Part shown: one piece after another, positions 62,124 to 64,000 of the stretch | How positions within the stretch are numbered: the stretch's first letter is position 1 | Layout of the letters: each line of letters begins with the position of its first letter | Source: Magallana gigas | Taxonomy: Eukaryota | Direction of reading: 5' to 3' | DNA length: 64,000 bases | NCBI RefSeq assembly: GCF_963853765.1 | Contig: NC_088854.1 | Location: forward strand, 44,888,001 to 44,952,000 | Position numbers and translations under genes: made by a program | Notes under the pieces: model-generated | Database searches by the model: none | What the model was told of the DNA's origin: nothing | Seen by the model: the letters and a program-made list of their open reading frames with translations, nothing else

Positions 62124-64000
62124 GGAGGAATAAATCTTTGTATCCCCTGAATACACACACCAAAAATTGTTTATCATACCAAACAATTTACACTTGTACA
62201 GAAAACAGCTGGTTCTAATATTGGTAGTTCTCAACTTTCTATTATACTGCTGTCCTGAGTTTTTGCTTCCACCACTTTTTGCTTGATATTTTGATAATAA
62301 TACCTTTGTGCTCAAACTACGTTCATCAACTAACATGAAAAATGTCTACATTATCTGTTTTGAAATGCCCCCTCTACCGCTTCAGGTTTTAATACACATC
62401 TCAAAATAGACAGTCTACGGAGATTTTGCATTGCATCAGCCCTTAATAAGCCCGGATGATAACGTTGAGAAATTGCGCGAGATGTCCCGAGTACGGTACT
62501 TCCGAATGGAGAAAAGATGTAAACATTTCCCATTATAAATCTCCGAAAGAAATTTGTTTTCCTCCTTGCAAACTTTTATGAGTGAAAAGGGATAATTTGT
62601 CACTGAAGATATCTTGGATATTTTCCATTTCATTGATTTCAAGTGTACTTCTTCCACAGGTATGTGTATTTTTATTAAAAATCATCAAAATGTGATGGAA
62701 GCAATAACTTGGAACAGACTTTAATCTACCTGACAGTGTGTTAATTTCCTTTTTTCTTTCATCATTGAAATTATGTATATTCAATTTTTTTTTAAATAAA
62801 AGTAGGATTTATTAAAACATTTACTTATTTTTCAAAAAGAATTATTCATCTGTTTGAATGATTAGGTCACATACTTTTTCTTGGGTTTTTTCATACCTGT
62901 GGTATAAAAACTCAGATTTCATAAGGGAGGAATGTGATATTTAAGTACCATGATAGTAGGAAAGAAGGAATGAGCATATAGGTACAATAAAGATATGACT
63001 GGACGGGAACCAAACCCGGAACCCCTGCAAGTCTAGTGAGGAGATCTTCCAATGAGTTACCCAGGCCATTATCAACAGTCCATATAGCCCCAACTACTAC
63101 ATTTTTATTCCTTGTGAGACTGACTTATTCCCATTGGCAGTAAAAAGGGTTAAAAAGACGTTAATGCAAAATGAACAACTTATATTTAAAAACATGTTAA
63201 TATACGAAACAGTCCAGCTCAAAATAAAATCAACAGCCTCTTTAGCAAAATCAACAGACACTGATGCAAAACAAATGATCATCGATGTAAAATCGACTTT
63301 AATGGACTAAATTAATGCTAGAAAATGTAACGTGGAGAAAACCTACCCTTGAATTACAGGGAACATTTTCATGCATGGATCAAGAATTTTTTCCAGGAAG
63401 AAAGGGAGTCCAAGAGATATTTAGGTTTGCCAGGAGTGGTGGTGGGGGATCTGAACCATAAATTCGGTAATTTTACTTTGTAAATTTAAGAAATAATTTG
63501 ATTTTTCCAGGAGTTGGGGGGGGGGGGTGTCCTGACTTAAGCATATCTACATAACAAAGACTTTTAAGCTATGTATTTCGTTTGTAACTTGATCTTCAAA
63601 GTTAGGTCAAGCATCAAAAGCGACAATTTACCATTCTATACATAAAAATTGAAATAATGATATTTTAATTTTTGGGCTTGATCAAATCGTGCCCAAATTT
63701 AAGTACCCGGTAACTTTAAGAAATTGATTCTGAAATTATATTTGAAACAGAATTATTTTCCTATATGCTGTCAAATAGAAAGGTTTTCAAAGATTTATGG
63801 TAAATTCTCGAGATATAAGAATACTTTTATCCCCCTTCCCCACCCACCTCCGAAAAAAACCTCAAAACACGCTATCGCCTCTATTGTAAAGGGACTTTCT
63901 AGGGGTCACTCCCGTAGATAATTTGAGTTTGTAAGGATAAAAAGAATAACAAGAATTTCATGGTTTAAAGAGTTATATTATATTTTGAGTAAATAACAAT

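Noticed and set aside
62121-62784. Overlapping minus-strand ORFs upstream of TOR1AIP as extra exons or a pseudogene
   Set aside because: No recognisable homology and no consistent splice path to the acceptor at 61922; left unannotated.
1-64000. Most of the short ORFs (60-110 aa) in the supplied track
   Set aside because: They are antisense or alternate-frame shadows of real exons, lie within repeats, or are low-complexity AT-rich reads with no recognisable domain; many start at non-ATG codons.

Overview
This is AT-rich eukaryotic genomic DNA with spliceosomal introns. The repeat families and gene set suggest a bivalve, probably an oyster of the Crassostrea/Magallana group (inference). Eight protein-coding genes were reconstructed by reading splice sites by eye: (1) an LDL-receptor-family (vitellogenin receptor/LRP-like) gene on the minus strand that runs off the left edge; (2) an ankyrin-repeat SOCS-box gene; (3) QTRT1 and (4) DOLPP1, head-to-head with start codons 150 bp apart; (5) a small secreted four-EF-hand protein; (6, 7) two divergently transcribed, CDS-intronless ELAV/Sex-lethal-like three-RRM paralogs; (8) a torsin-interacting protein (LAP1/LULL1-like). 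Introns and intergenic DNA are dense with non-autonomous DNA transposons: Helentron/HINE-like elements carrying satellite arrays, TA-flanked Tc1/mariner-pogo MITEs, TTAA-flanked Kolobok-like elements, and several long palindromes. No rRNA, tRNA or CRISPR was recognised. The most notable observations are the Sxl-like paralog pair (one copy has an out-of-frame ATG in a perfect Kozak context just upstream of its start) and a shared C-GNA-G/C-GTTA-G apex on palindromes that are otherwise unrelated in sequence. All coordinates were counted by hand and may be off by a few bases. No database searches were run.
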